Part shown: positions 34,230 through 47,363 of the stretch, piece by piece
Numbering within the stretch: the stretch's first letter is position 1
Layout of the letters: each line of letters begins with the position of its first letter
Source of the DNA: Podarcis vaucheri
Lineage: Eukaryota
NCBI GenBank assembly: GCA_965113315.1
Contig: OZ220365.1
Direction: 5' to 3' (one strand)
DNA: 64,000 nucleotides
Made by a program: the position numbers and the translations under genes
The notes under the pieces: model-generated
What the model saw: the letters and a program-made list of their open reading frames with translations, nothing else
Told to the model about the DNA's origin: nothing
Databases searched by the model: none

Positions 34230-37200
34230 TAACTTGTGAATGATAAGAGAAGTTTGAGAAGATTGTGAAGATAATCCCAACAGCCTTGTGTTTGCTGGAC
34301 TTCAACTTTATTCTTCACACTTCTGAAAAGTTCAGCAAGTGTTATAATAAATGTATGGACACTTGCTGCTAACGAAACAATTGAATTCACTGAGGTTAAA
34401 CCAAAGCTTGAATTGGGGATTGTTTCCAAGAAATCATGATCCAGAGTATATTGATCCTTCTTTAAGATATTGTACCTTTGTTTAGAAAGCAGACAACCAA
34501 AGACTGGCTTACTAAAGCTGTACCCACAGCTTTAGTTTTTTTATCTGCTGTATAGCAGGAAATTATGTAATGATGCAGTAGTCTGTGCCATGTAAAATAA
34601 GGCTTTTATATGGGTTATGTCTCACTGTGTGGTGCGTATTTTGCCACAACTGTGACACATTTGCCAGAATTGAGGGAAGCGCTTCCAGTATTGTACTACT
34701 GTGTATGTGGGGAATAAGTTATCCATAGAAAAATAAGTGTGTTGGGAGAAAAATAGGCTGAACTCTTCTCCCAAACATGCTAATTTGTTTTGTGCAGTTT
34801 TTTAAATAGGGAAAGATTTAAACATGTTTTCCCCTGTCTGCAGCATACGTAGGAACAGCTCAGGAAAAACATGTCCATGTTACACTGCCAAGTATAAACT
34901 GGCTTTTGGCCTGGGCCAGAAGTAGGAGCCCAAACTGATGAACTGGTTCAGTCTTGAAACTGAATCCATAAACAGAAAAAACCAGTAACTGTCCCAGGAC
35001 GTTAGGCGATTATTTTGAGGATGAGGGCATTTGTCTCTTCTAACTCTAGAGACATGGACAAAAGAGAATGTATTTTGTAGGAAATTGGAAAAAGGACTCA
35101 GAAAGTAAGTTATCCTGCATTTATCTCAACTCCCCACACCAAGCACAAACAGTTTCTTTCTGATTAGTTATTTTGCTGTCCTGATCTAAATAAACCATAT
35201 TCAAATTTGGAATGACCCCAAAATTTCTATTCAGATGATGCACTAAATATGACGGTCTCTTCAATCAGAAGCACCTAGCTAGTTCAGATTGACTTTAACC
35301 TACTTCTCCAAGGAGCAACAGTTATCAAGTTTGCTTGTGGGAGATTTCAAGCGGGACTAATAAATGTGTAGGCATAAATTTCATCAAAATGTTTACAGAT
35401 GTCTTAGTCCTACTTGAAATCTCCAACCAACAGGCTTTGTCAAAATGAAAACATGGGAATAGGGTTTTCTCCACTGTGGCACCCTATGGATCTTCTCCTA
35501 AGAGTTAGTTTCCCTGCACAAACATCATTCCACTGACAGCTAAAGGCCTATTTGTTTATCTGGATCTTTGGGGAAGGGTGAAAACGGCTGATGAAATGTT
35601 CTTCCTTGTCTGTACTGTGAATTATGTATTTTAAATTGTTTTGCTGATACTGTTTTGTATCCCTTCAAGATTTTAACTGCCTATCTATTTGTTGCCCTGG
35701 GATCCTAAAGGAAGTGCGTGGTCAAATTATAGCTAATAGTAATTAAAAAAATAATCATCTTTTCCCCCTCTAAGTCAGTAGTTATCAAATTTTGTGGTTT
35801 TATGCATTTTGAAGTACACCAGGAGTGGGCAATCCCCCCCCAAGTGTCACATACTACTTTGGAGGTAGGGGAATGTGAATGTGTTTGTGTGTGCGTGCGT
35901 GCAAGAAATGGTTGTGGTAATATATATTTCTTCCTCTTCTCACTTAGTGTTTTCTCTCCTCATCACAACAAGTACAAGTATGAGGAAAATAAGTCAGATA
36001 GCTCTAGGGAACAGACAAAAGCAGACTGAGGGTGGCCCACTCCAGCAGTACGCCCACCAAAAACAGCATTCACATGGCAAAATCTCCCTGCTGTCGTGTT
36101 ACAAGTACACTTGCGATTTGATAGGTTATTACGAGTTTCTCCCACCACCACTGGCAGCCAGACATTTGAAGAGGGAGCTGGGAAACACTCATCATAGTGC
36201 TTCATTGCATGCAGAGTACCTAAAATGCTACATGAGAGAGAGAGAGAGAGAAGAAGGGCACCATTTTGGGCAGCATACCAGCAAGGCTTAGCGTGTGCTT
36301 GTTTTTCTTCTGGTCAAGTGAAATGACAAACTTCTGTAGGGTGTGTTACTAGTACAAGGAAACGACATGTTTTAAACATTTGAATATTCTCATTTTACAC
36401 TTCATGTAGCACTCAAAAGAATTTGATTACCTGTACGAAATGTATCTGAACTGCTTCTTAGTGGGTTGAACAAGTTACTGAACCACTTCTGAAAGGCAAC
36501 ATGAACTGGAAATAAACATAGTTGAATGATGAAATTTGGGCTTAACATCCTGGGTAGCAGCTTTGATATCCTTCAAATTATCCTGAATCTAATCCCTTTT
36601 CTTGCTTAATGATGGGACGTGTGACTGTTCTTAAAATGGGGGGGACTTCAAAGAGAGCTCAGAGACTCCACTGAACTACAATTTATCAAAAGGTTCAGTT
36701 CTATCATTTATGGGTTGAATTGGAATAACGGGGTTTTAATTACACATTTGTATTTTACGAGTGCCAGAACGTGTGTCCTTGTCAACATTGCTTTATGGTC
36801 ACAATCTACATTCTGTATTACGTATCAAATGCTAACTGCATTTTAAAGCAACTATTAAGCATAGTTATTTCACATATTGCAGTAACAGAGATTCTGGTTT
36901 CAGATTGATTACAGTACATGGGTTACTTGTGATCAGGCCCCCTTGATGGGCTTCCTGCAGGCATCTGGTTTGCCTCTGTGGAGATGCTGGACTAGATGGG
37001 ACATTGGCCTGATCCAGGCTCATCTTACATTCTGTAGTGAGCTAAACAAAGTCCATAAGCCAGACTTCTACAGGAAGTGTGTTTTTACTAACTTTGTCCA
37101 CAACTGTATTGTTTGTGTTCATATAACAACCATGAATTCCTTAATTCCAGCAAGTGTGAAGGGAGGAAAATTCTTCCCAGGTTTCTAAACGTATTTTAGT

Positions 37201-38545
37201 TTGGCAGCTGGGGCAATAGATTAACCAGTAACAGGGAGAGAAAATTATTCTACTTAATGACGAATATATGGAGATGAACTATAGATCCAGAACCACACAC
37301 AAAATATGAAAACCTGTGAGGTAACTATGGCGGGGTGGTGCATATGCTACAATTCCTCTTTTCTAGCATCTCTCTGGAAAAACATCCATTTGTGAGTCTG
37401 CATATTTTATTTCAATGTACTGAAGAACAAGCAAATTTATTTCCTATACTGCAAAAGACAATAGGAATTTGAAATAGATGAGGATTTGAGAACTGTATCT
37501 ATAGCACCTAGAGGTTTTAATAACTTGAGAAAACTGAGGAAATAATTTCAGACAAAATGAAAATACCCTAAGAGGGTTTTCTTGTTTGCCATATAATTTT
37601 TTGATTTTTGCCATCCAAAACAGAATGGAAGGTTTAATCCCATTTAAAGGATCACAGCAGGCCAGGGAAACACCTATCTTGCAATCAGAGCTGCTAGGCA
37701 GAATACACCACTAGGCTGCATGAACCCGTGATATAGCTTGTCCCTAATAAATTTAAGGCTTAAAAGGTGCTAGGAAGTCTAATTTTTGCTGCAGAATATG
37801 GTTATCCCTCTAGAAACTGGTTCACATAGCAACCAACCATGTGAAAGGATGCCTTCAGGCTGTTCAAAACCAAAGGCTCTATTCCAGCATTCACAACTCA
37901 TCACTACCTGAAGGGGCAGGAGATAAGTGGGAAGAGGTGCTGCCAATGTCTCACTAACACATCATCCTAGCACTACTAGTTGTATAGCTCTAAAGCAGCT
38001 GTTTGCCCTAGCCAAGCGTGGAGGCTATTGCTCCAGCTGTGGAAAACGGAGTTCCCAAAAGGGCTTCTTTCTATTCAGGGCTTGCAAATTGACAGAAGGG
38101 AGCCCATCCCCAATAGCATGTAAGCAACCAGCAAGCTCTCACACCTCAATGTGTAAACTGCGCCCAACGTGTACAAATCTGAGTGGGCATGGATCTCTTA
38201 CGTACCTAAGGCCCATTCCTGTTTTATACTTAAGAAAAGTTTCTCGCAAGTCCTAACTTGATCTCGGCACTAAGAAAAAAATCACTAATATTTAACATCC
38301 CCAAACAAAGTATTTAAAAAAAGAAATTCAAAATTTGCAAGATTATTAGAAGTTATACAAACCTTCAGTGCATGTAAGGATCACGTCTAGCTGGGATATT
38401 TGGAAAACAGCATTTTGTCCAATTCCATGGGTAGCTGCTACAGCCTTAAGTCCTGGTGATCGCGAAAGAAGCCCTATTACGCACCTGACACTCACTACTG
38501 TGCTTCCAGTAAACCTTTCAGGCAGTGATCAGCTAGACTATATAG

Positions 38546-39735
38546 CAGTGGTGGCAAACCTATGGCACGCACGCCAGAGAGGGCACTCAGAACCCTCTCT
38601 GTGGGCATGCACGCCCCAGCAGAGCCATAGCTTCCATGCTGGGGGTGGGGGGGAGGAGGGCTCGCAAGCGAATCCAAAGCCTGCAGCCCTGGTGCCGTAG
38701 CTTCCGTGCCAGGGGTAGGGGAGGAGTGAGGAGAGGACTGGGTAAGGGTTAGGATTAGGGTCAGTGTTGTTTTATGTTTTCTTGTGATTTTGATTCATTT
38801 GCAGTTGGTTTGCTTTTTTCAATTTGTTGTGTTGCTGCTTTTTCACGAGTTGCAAGTTTGTTGGCTTTGTGGTTTTCTGGAGTTTCAGCTTTTATTTTGA
38901 ATGCAGCCCTGCGGCCCCCAATGCTGAGTGAGGGAAGGCTGGGCCTGGGCGGTAAGCAAGGGATGTCACCCCCTACCCCGCCTGCTCCACTTCTGAGAGA
39001 TCCCTGCCTCCCCTCCTGCTTGCAGGCAAGTAGGAGTGGGATTGGGCTGCTCTGCTAGGCAGCGTTGTTGCTTGCATGGGAACAGGAGCTGGATCGGGGC
39101 TGCTCAGCTGGGGAGGTATAGGCTCACTGAAGGGTTCATGGCTGCACTCCCCTCAAGGGAGTAGTTTAAAGGAGTCCCCACCACTGCATCAGATCCCCTG
39201 CAAGCCCGTGAAGGCAGCCAGGCTGAATAGTTGCTGGGGTTGGGGAAGGTGGAGGCAGCCTGGAAGCTGCATGTGAGAGCCCCTGCACCACTTGAAGGCA
39301 ACCAGGTGCTCCTCAGCTTCCAAAAAAAGTTCCAAAACCGGAACAGGTTCAGGTTCCCAGTAGTTCAAGAACTAAGCTGTTTGAAAACTGAGGTGCCACT
39401 GTAATTATTTTCTCCAATTTGAACTGTATTTATTTTTCCCCTGGTGGTGATTTTCTTGAGTCAAAATGAGAGTTCCCTTAAACATTTTTTTTAGAAAAAA
39501 AGCACTGAGTTATACCATAAAATTATATATAAATGGAAAGATAATTTAATGAAGAATGTAATGAAATAACTTTTATGAAGCATTATTTATTACAACAGTC
39601 ATAAAGAAGAAACATGAAACACACAGAAAAAAATAAGATACAAAGGTTAAATTGCTGTGTTGGCACTTTGCGATAAATAAGTGGGTTTTGGGTTGCAGTT
39701 TGGGCACTCAATGTCTAAAAGGTTCGCAATCACTG
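38546..39735. mobile_element. hAT non-autonomous element of about 1.2 kb with nested sequence
   Basis: TIRs cagtggtggcaaacct / aggttcgcaatcactg; 8-bp TSD ctatatag / gtatatag (7 of 8 match). Confidence 0.75.
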
Positions 39736-40221
39736 GTATATAGATTCCTTTCTTCATGAATGTGAAGCACAATTTCCCACAAAAAATAACAAATAAAACA
39801 TACAGATTAATCACACAACCACATTAATCCTCAGATTCTGTCTTGTTCTTAATTTACATGTGTAGCATTATTGTTTTATACCATTTAAGTAGTGAGCAAT
39901 GTTTTGATCCTATGACTGCTTTTACCCAGCAACCAATCACATGCCACAACATATTTATCATTTCCATACATTAGGTGTAAAGCAGCTCTTACACATACGA
40001 AGTCTCACATTTCAAAACTCATTAACCAATTGTTAAAAGCAGAACTCATACACTAAAGTCCTGCTAATTTATTTCACATTAATGTGGAAATTGCACAAGT
40101 TTACTGACCTTTTGAAACTGCTTTTTTAAAAAAGTCTACAATCAGTGCATGAAGGCAAACTTTCATGTTTTGTTTCAAATACCTGGATATGTACTACATA
40201 TGAACACTTAAGTACTGGAAG

Positions 40222-40400
40222 CATAGGAGCCAATTTCTAAGGGCTGAGGGCCCATTCGCCTCCCCAAATAAAATATTTGAGGGCGTCACACCCCTGCAAA
40301 GTTGATGGGCATTGCCATTCAAATGCTGTGCGTGTGCCATGCAATGTGATTATGTGGGTCGGGGCTTACCTACCCTATTTTATTCAAGTTGGCACACCTG
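40222..40400. mobile_element. hAT-type MITE
   Basis: cataggagccaa / ttggcacacctg ends; TSD actggaag / actgcaag. Confidence 0.6.
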
Positions 40401-43400
40401 ACTGCAAGCATACCTCAAGGTTTGACAGGTGCGAAGCCACTAGCAGAGCAATCTTAGGTGGGATTGGAGGAAAAACATGGTAGATACACCACTACATCCC
40501 AAACACTGTTGGCTCATGCCAGCTGGGCTGAAAAATGGAGAGAATGGTTTCTTGAAATTATTCATGCCATCTCCAGGCTGGCACAACTGTGAGGCCCAAG
40601 GATACACAAGGCTTTGGCTCTAAAACTGCCAGTACACCACCCCTGTGATACTTACCACTTCAGGACTTACCACTGGAGATAGCTTCTGCCCACCTGGGTA
40701 GCACCCCTCACAACTAGCCGTGTGACTCAATGCCAGCAGAGTCAACTACAGTGCTCAGCCTTCAAACATTGGGGATGGGGTTAGAATTGTATACCTACCT
40801 GATATTCAAAAGCTGTTTTTAAGACATGTGATTACTTGTTACTGTGTGGTTTAACAGAAGTGATTTGGAGTCCGTATGTATATCACTGAAATGCCGCGAT
40901 AGGTTAGATGAGCACTAAACCATCTTAACAAAACAGAGGTTCTGGGCACAGATAGTTTATTTGCTCAGGGAGATGGGTGTTCAGCCTGTTCTAGATGGGT
41001 TTGCACTCTACCCTATAAGATAAGATTCAGTCTGGGTGTGTTTATGGATCTTGTGTCTTGTGGTACATAGTACCTTTCATTAGCTGTGAGTGCTGTACCA
41101 GCCATAGTCTGGCTTGGACAGAGAGAGCCTGGCTATTCTCCATACTCTGATAAACCACCCAGTATTGTTTACTATAATGAATTATATGTGGAACTGCATC
41201 TGAAGTCTTGCATGATAGCTACTGATGGTACAGAATACAGCTACCAAACTACAGGCATTGCAACATTAGGCTTAAAAACTTCACCAGCTGGTTTGTTTCC
41301 AAGCAGAATTCAAGGTATTGATGCAAATTTCGCAAACCATAAACCATTTTGAGTACTGAGTTCCTAAAGGACATCCATCAGCCCAACGATTTAGGTCAGC
41401 AAGCAAGCCTCTCCTTTTCATGAGAGGTAGATGGCAACCATAGGGAAAGCCTTTTCAGAGAGGATCCTACATTTACAGAATTCCCTTTCCAGGAATACCT
41501 GCCCTGCCTGTTTTATATTTTCAGCATCAGGCAAAGATGTTTTTTGTTACCACAGGCCTTTAAAGCTCTGGACTATCTTTGTTTTTATCTACTTATTCGA
41601 CTCAATCTTACTTTTTACTATTTTATTCTGGGTTTGCACTGTTTAATTGTTTTGAATTGCTCTGGGAACTAGTTGGGTGAGGTGATGTACAAATATATCC
41701 AATGCTTATCTTGAGGGCTGCACGTGGCCCTCGAGGCATTTCTGGGTGACCCTCAGCAACATTTGACACACACACACCTCAGCCCTCACACTGACTTCCC
41801 CAAGCCAGTAAAGTGAAGTGCTGGGCTTTGGGAGGAAGCCATGAAGGATCTGACAGGGTTCTAGAGTCCTCACACCTCCTTCCCACCACAGCTGGGAAGT
41901 GCTAACTAGGCTTTGGGAAGGAGGTGTGAGGACTCTAGGACCCTGCCAGAGCCTTGCACCTTCTTCCCAAAGCCTGGCTCCTTGCTTAGATGCCTATGGG
42001 AAGGGGGTGTGCGGCCCACGGTTTCCATGTCAAAGTAGTCTTGTGGTCCATTTGGTAAAGCTTGACTGCCCCGGTATGGGCACAAGGATGAGACCTGAGG
42101 CTACTACCTTATGCACACTTAAGTCCGACTAAATTCTGTGGGGAATTAAGTCAGTATAAGTAAGTCAGACTGAATGAAATACTTAATTTCAAGCCTTTTC
42201 AGATCCATTGAACTTATATAATAAAATTAGTGGTATCAAAGAAATGCAAATATTATGTATTAAACATGTATGTACAATAGAGCCTGACACTCCATAACAA
42301 AACATTATTAGAACTCCTTTGCCTATGGCAGTTTTAAAACCACATCAACTTTCTGGAACCAACAAAGAAGAGCTACACACAACAGAACTACACAAAACAG
42401 AATCTTCAATTTTAAACCCTATGGGCTCCTTACATTTTCTAACATATAACTTTTTTCTCTAACAGCAAGCTTCCAGTAAATACATAAATGCAGATTATTA
42501 GATCCTGGTTTGAGTAAAATTAAGTAAGTAAAATATTCTGCAACCTTTTCTCTTAACATCATTACAACATAATATTTGTAACACCTAGCATTGTAGATGT
42601 TTGAAGCTTAACAGGAAAGGCAGTGCACAGCTACAGATCATACAGAAGAACACAAATAGCCTGTCTAAGTTGTTACAGGAAGCAATTCAGGGAACAAAAG
42701 CATATTCAGCAATTTTTAAGTATTCCAGACCCATGCCCCAACATGACTGGGGGAAAATATCATAAGTATGTATTATAGCCGCAATCCTATATATTGAGAA
42801 CTCACTATTGCAATCGCATTTCTTTCTATCTTCAGATATAAGGACACCTATTATTCAAAGCACTAGCAAGCAGAAGCATATACACTTTGGGGCAGATGAT
42901 GCCATTTATAGATTAAGTTAATTCTCATATGCACTATTGTTATTCGGATTTCTCTCCTTTTTTAAAAGCACAAAAGGCTACTCAGCAAGTTCTCTTTTTT
43001 TACTGCAGTTCTAGAGTCTCAGCACTCCAGTAGTGAACTGACATTTGACTATTGTCACAAAGCATCGAAGCAATAGCCACATGTAATCAAAACATTTCAA
43101 CAGGTGCCAAGCCAAATGCATGTATTTTTGTACCGATTTTGACCTATATATCTATACTGCCAACTATGGCATAGTACTTTCAGTTACTTATGACACCACT
43201 GGATCCCTTTTTTAAAAAGGGTTAACTCATCTTCAAGCCTTTTTCTCAGTACAACTACTGATTCAAAAAATTACATTTTATCTGGCCCTCCATAAACACC
43301 TACAAAAATGCACTGAAGAGTAAACATATTTGATATTCTAAGCAAGGCTTAAGTAGCCGCTTAAAATTGCATATTATATTGTAGTGCCAATTCAATCCTT

Positions 43401-43549
43401 TGAAAATAAATAAACCTCACGTTAAAAATAGTATTGGTCATTAACCCTAGGTGCTGTAGCTCTCCCCTCATCGCACCTTTATTTTCTTACCCTCAAATAA
43501 GCGTATCTTATTGTTGTTTTGGCCACCTCGTGGCAATTCCCTCCCTCCT

Positions 43550-45330
43550 ATAACTGCTCGGGGGAGAGAACATCGCATGGAGCGAATGTTTGAAGATGCA
43601 GTTCTCGCTCCAGTACGCCGCCTATGTCGGTGCATTACACCCCAAAGCAGCCACAGCCGACAGGCCCGGCTTCGCTTTTCCCTCTCCCCGCCGTTGCAAA
43701 TGAGCGCCCGCTCGCCCCGAGCCCGGTGCGGCCTGCGCTTGCTGCTCGCTGGAAGCGGCGCGCGAAAAGGCGAGGCGAGCGGGGAAGGAGGCGAGGGGGG
43801 AGGGGTGGCTCCTGCTGCTGTTGCCGCCACAGCGCTCGTCGCCGCCTCCCCTCCCCCTCCTCTCTGCCTCTCTCCCCGGCGGGGGCTCCTCGCCACAGCC
43901 TCTCTGCTCCGCTCTCGGTCATGTGACCCTAACGTAACCGGACAGGAAAAGCCGCCGCCGCCGCCGTCTCCGACTCCGTTGTTGCTGCTGCTGCTGCTGG
44001 GCGCGCGCCGAGGCGGCGGCGGGGGCTCCCGGAGAGCGCGAGCCAGGTGAGCTCCGTCTGCCCCCCCCCCGCATACACAAGGTGAATCGGGGCGGCGGGG
44101 GGGGAGAGGGAGGGGGAAGCGTGAGCGGCGGCGGAGGAGGAGGCCGAGGCGTCCGGCTGCTCCCCCACCCCGCTCCATGCCCACCATTGTGCTGGCGGTT
44201 GGGCTAGGCCAGGTCGGGACCCGAAAGGAGGGAAAGGGCGGCCCGAGCACCTGAGGGGGATTTCGCGACTAACCGGCGGCGGCCTCGAGACGGTGGAGGC
44301 TGTTGCCCCCCCCCGGGGTCGGCGGGTGGGAAGGTCGCCCGGTCAGGACCCGAGGGGGGGGGATTTCTGCTCCCACCAGCCCTGGCCGGCGGGGTCAGCG
44401 TGAGCTGGGCTTGGTTCGGGCCCCTGGGCGCCTGCTTTCCCCGCTCCCTCCGGTCTCCCTCCCTCCCTCCCTCGGAGCCGCCGAGCTACGCAGCGGCCTT
44501 CCCCGCTTTTTCTCTCACCAGCGGCAGCAACAGCAGCAGCAGCCCGGCCTAGAGAGGGGGGAGGGGCGGGCGCTGAGGCAGCCGCGCGGAGCGGGAAAGG
44601 GAGGGGGAGGGAGGGAGCGAGAAGGAGGGAGGGCGGGGGGGTTGATGGTGGGCGGCTCCGTCTGCGTCTCTTCAGCAGCCTAGGCGGCCCTGGCGACAGC
44701 GGCGGATCCCGTCTCTCGCGCGCCTTAGGCGCCGCAGCTCGCTCGCTCGCGCTGCTTACGTCGCCTCGCGCCGCCGTCCGTCCTCGCGTACGCCCCGCCC
44801 CCCTCCGGGAGCTGCGTGTACGCGCACGTGGAGACCTCGCGTCGCCGAGGGGAGGGGGAGGGAGGGCAGGGGGCGTGGCGTAGGCGGAGCTGCGGCTGCG
44901 AGTGCCCGGGGGCGCGCGCGATGGCTGCGGCGGCTTGGCTTTGCCTGTCCTCTTTCCCCCGCCCGCCCACCGACGGGCAGCCAATAGGAAACGCCGTCAG
45001 CGCAGGCACCCCGTGATTCACCGCGGGAAGCGCCGGGTGAGGAGCTAAAAGGAAGGTTGCGGCGCTCCTCCGCTATTGGTTGCTGTTGATTTCTCTCCGT
45101 CCGGCTGTCGCCTATGAGCGCCGCCTCGGAGTCTCGCTGGCTCTTGTGGGTTGTTTAGAGAAGGAGCCGGGCGGTCTGCTTCCTTGCCGAGCGAGCAGCC
45201 GCTTAGTTTGCAAAATGCTCCTTTCCCCCGCTTCCTTCCTGTCCGGGATGCAGACGGGATTTGCCACTTTTATTCGGCGCCTTAAAGCTCTTAAGTGTTT
45301 TATTTCGATAATTTCTGTTTGCGCGCAGTA
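43550..45330. promoter_or_regulatory. ZBTB2 CpG-island promoter and intron-1 island
   Basis: About 1.8 kb, very GC/CpG-rich; E2F-type GCGCGAAAA near 43760, ETS-like GGAAG, E/M-box GTCATGTGAC 43918-43927. Confidence 0.85.
43850..44046 (+). other. ZBTB2: Probable non-coding exon 1 of ZBTB2 (5' end approximate)
   Basis: Consensus donor CAG|gtgagc at 44046/44047 within the CpG island; the matching acceptor tacag| at 47905 lies 10 nt before the ATG. Confidence 0.6.
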
Positions 45331-45523
45331 GCAGACGAACCAGGATCACAACCACAAGAGCCTCAAAATTTTATTTAGTGCCCCAAACCCAATGTCCTGG
45401 TCATCTTGGACTGAAAAACAAATCCGTTAAAGGGGGATATTTAACTTTTAAGTTATCACCAGATTCCCTGGGACTCCTTTGTTTTAAATCCAATTGTTTC
45501 AGGTCTGTACATTGGAATAGCAA

Positions 45524-45795
45524 TGTTGTTTAGTGGTTTAGTCGCGTCCGACTCTTCGTGACTCCATGGACCAGAGCACGCTAGGCACTCCTGTCTTCCA
45601 CTGCCTCCTGCAGCTTGGTCAAACTCATGTTCGTAGCTTCGAGAACACTGTCCAACCATCTCGTCCTCTGTCGTCCCCTTCTCCTTGTGCCCTCCATCTT
45701 TCCCAACATCAGGGTATATTCCAGGGAGTCTTCTCTTCTTATGAGGTGGCCAAAGTATTGGAGCCTCAGCTTCAGGATCTGTCTTTCCAGTGAGC
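45524..45795 (-). mobile_element. Bov-B / RTE LINE 3' terminal fragment
   Basis: Encodes LKLRLQYFGHLIRREDSLE..LMLGKMEGTRRRGRQRTRWLD (RTE/Bov-B ORF C terminus), followed by a short aacaaca tail. Confidence 0.9.
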
Positions 45796-45929
45796 TCTCA
45801 TTTGCATATAACACTTAATCCAAGGATCTGAGTTTCACACCATAAAAATACAATATAATTTTTAAAAAACCATACATAAAAACAACAAAACCCTTCCCTT
45901 CCACAAACACATTTAAAAGAGTATAGGAT

Positions 45930-46240
45930 GTTTAAATAGCCAAAGGCATGGTGGAAGACGAATGTTGTTGCCTGGCGAGAAAAGACCTGTTTTTGTGTTG
46001 CTGCCCTCTGGACATCTTGTGGAGGAGGCACATGAAGAAGATCCTTAGAAGAGAATCTGCGGGTCCGGGTAGGTTCATATAGAAAGAGGCAGTCCTTGAG
46101 GTATTGTGGTCTTGAGCCATTTACAGATTTATAGGTCAAAATCAGCACTTTGAATTGGGCTTGGAAACTAAATGGCAGCCAGTACAGTCAGGCAAGGAGT
46201 GGTGTAATAAGCTACAACCATTGCCCTGGTGAGCAACTTG
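45930..46240 (-). mobile_element. L2-clade LINE ORF2 C-terminal fragment
   Basis: LYWLPFSFQAQFKVLILTYKSVNG..PQYLKD matches the L2 LHWLP..R..FK...L.YK motif. Confidence 0.75.
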
Positions 46241-46505
46241 GCCATGGGATATTGTTAATAATCTGGGGTGCAAGACAGCCTAAAAATCCAGATCAAGATA
46301 GTGCCATAATTTAATTAAGGTTTTATGTGTTTAATTTGTCTTGCGTTACAAATTATGTGCCGTGGGAAGTGATGTATTCTAAGCATCAATAATTACTGTG
46401 GGTAAGCCACTAATTAAATTAGGCAGTTTTCTGAAGTTGTGTATCAGGTCAGTAATGCTAGCCAATCAACAAGTGTTGATTGAAAAGACTAATTTCCTTG
46501 TTTAG

Positions 46506-46677
46506 ATAAAAAAATTCCTTCCAGTAGCACCTTAAAGACCAACTAAGTTAGTTCTTGGTATGAGCTTTTGTGTGCATGCACACTTCTTCAGATACACAGA
46601 TACACACACCTTGTTTAGGTGAAGTGTGCATGCACACTTCTTCAGATACACAGATACACACACCTTGTTTAGGTGAA
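46506..46677. mobile_element. Penelope-like terminal fragment with a perfect 54-nt tandem duplication (46570-46623 / 46624-46677)
   Basis: aaattccttccagtagcaccttaaagaccaac...gtgcatgcacacttcttcagatac; family assignment from memory of squamate repeats. Confidence 0.6.
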
Positions 46678-46754
46678 GGAGGGGGAGGGGCATAGACCAT
46701 TTGAAGTTCAAAGCCTCAAAAGAGATGTGTGAAAAGTTAATCCCCTTTGAGGTA

Positions 46755-47119
46755 GGTAAAAGGTAAAGGTAAAGGACCCCTTGGCAGCTAAGTCCAGTCA
46801 AAGGCGACTATGGGGTTGAGGCCAAGGGAGCCAGCATTTGTCCACAAACAGCTTTCCGGGTCATGTGGCCAGCACGACTAAACTGCTTCTGGCACAACGG
46901 AACACTGTGACAGAAACCAGAGCGCACGAAAACACTCTTTACCTTCCCGCCACAGTGGTATCTATATATCTCTTGCACTGGTATTCTCGACCTGCTAGGT
47001 TGGCAGGAGCTGGGACAGAGCAATGGGAGCTCACCCTGTCATAGGGATTCGAACTGCCAACCTTCTGATCAGCAAGCCCAAGAGGCTCAGTGGTTATACC
47101 ACAGTACCATCCATATCCC
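46755..47119 (-). mobile_element. Sauria SINE in ZBTB2 intron 1
   Basis: (aaaggt)n tail, homologous to 2245-2602, TSD (ccc)tttgaggta at 46743-46754 and 47117-47128. Confidence 0.88.
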
Positions 47120-47327
47120 TTTGAGGTAATTTGCTTTAGCATAGCAAAGGAGGGACCAGAGCTGAGGCTAGGAAAGAAGCTCTGAGGTTAGGGCTGGACT
47201 GATGTAATCAGGAAGCAGAAAGGAACTGCTAAGCTATGTTGTGCCCTGCAGTGCAAGATAGGCTGAAGAGAAAAGATGGTGCTGAGCTTATTGTTGTTGC
47301 TGCAATGGAATAAGCTGACATGTTTTG

Positions 47328-47328
<1 letters not shown>

Positions 47329-47363
<35 letters not shown>
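47329..47363. repeat. (GCT)11 trinucleotide microsatellite, intronic
   Basis: Read directly. Confidence 0.95.

Noticed and set aside
38740-38760. Interstitial telomere
   Set aside because: Only about 3 degenerate TTAGGG-like units, inside a repeat.
43468-45331. 260-, 213- and 179-aa ORFs in the ZBTB2 island
   Set aside because: Low-complexity P/R/G/A translations typical of CpG islands, with non-ATG starts and no recognisable domain.
46570-46677. Direct repeats here and at 12355-12810 as a CRISPR-like array
   Set aside because: Eukaryotic context, no unique spacers; a simple tandem duplication and MITE inverted repeats.
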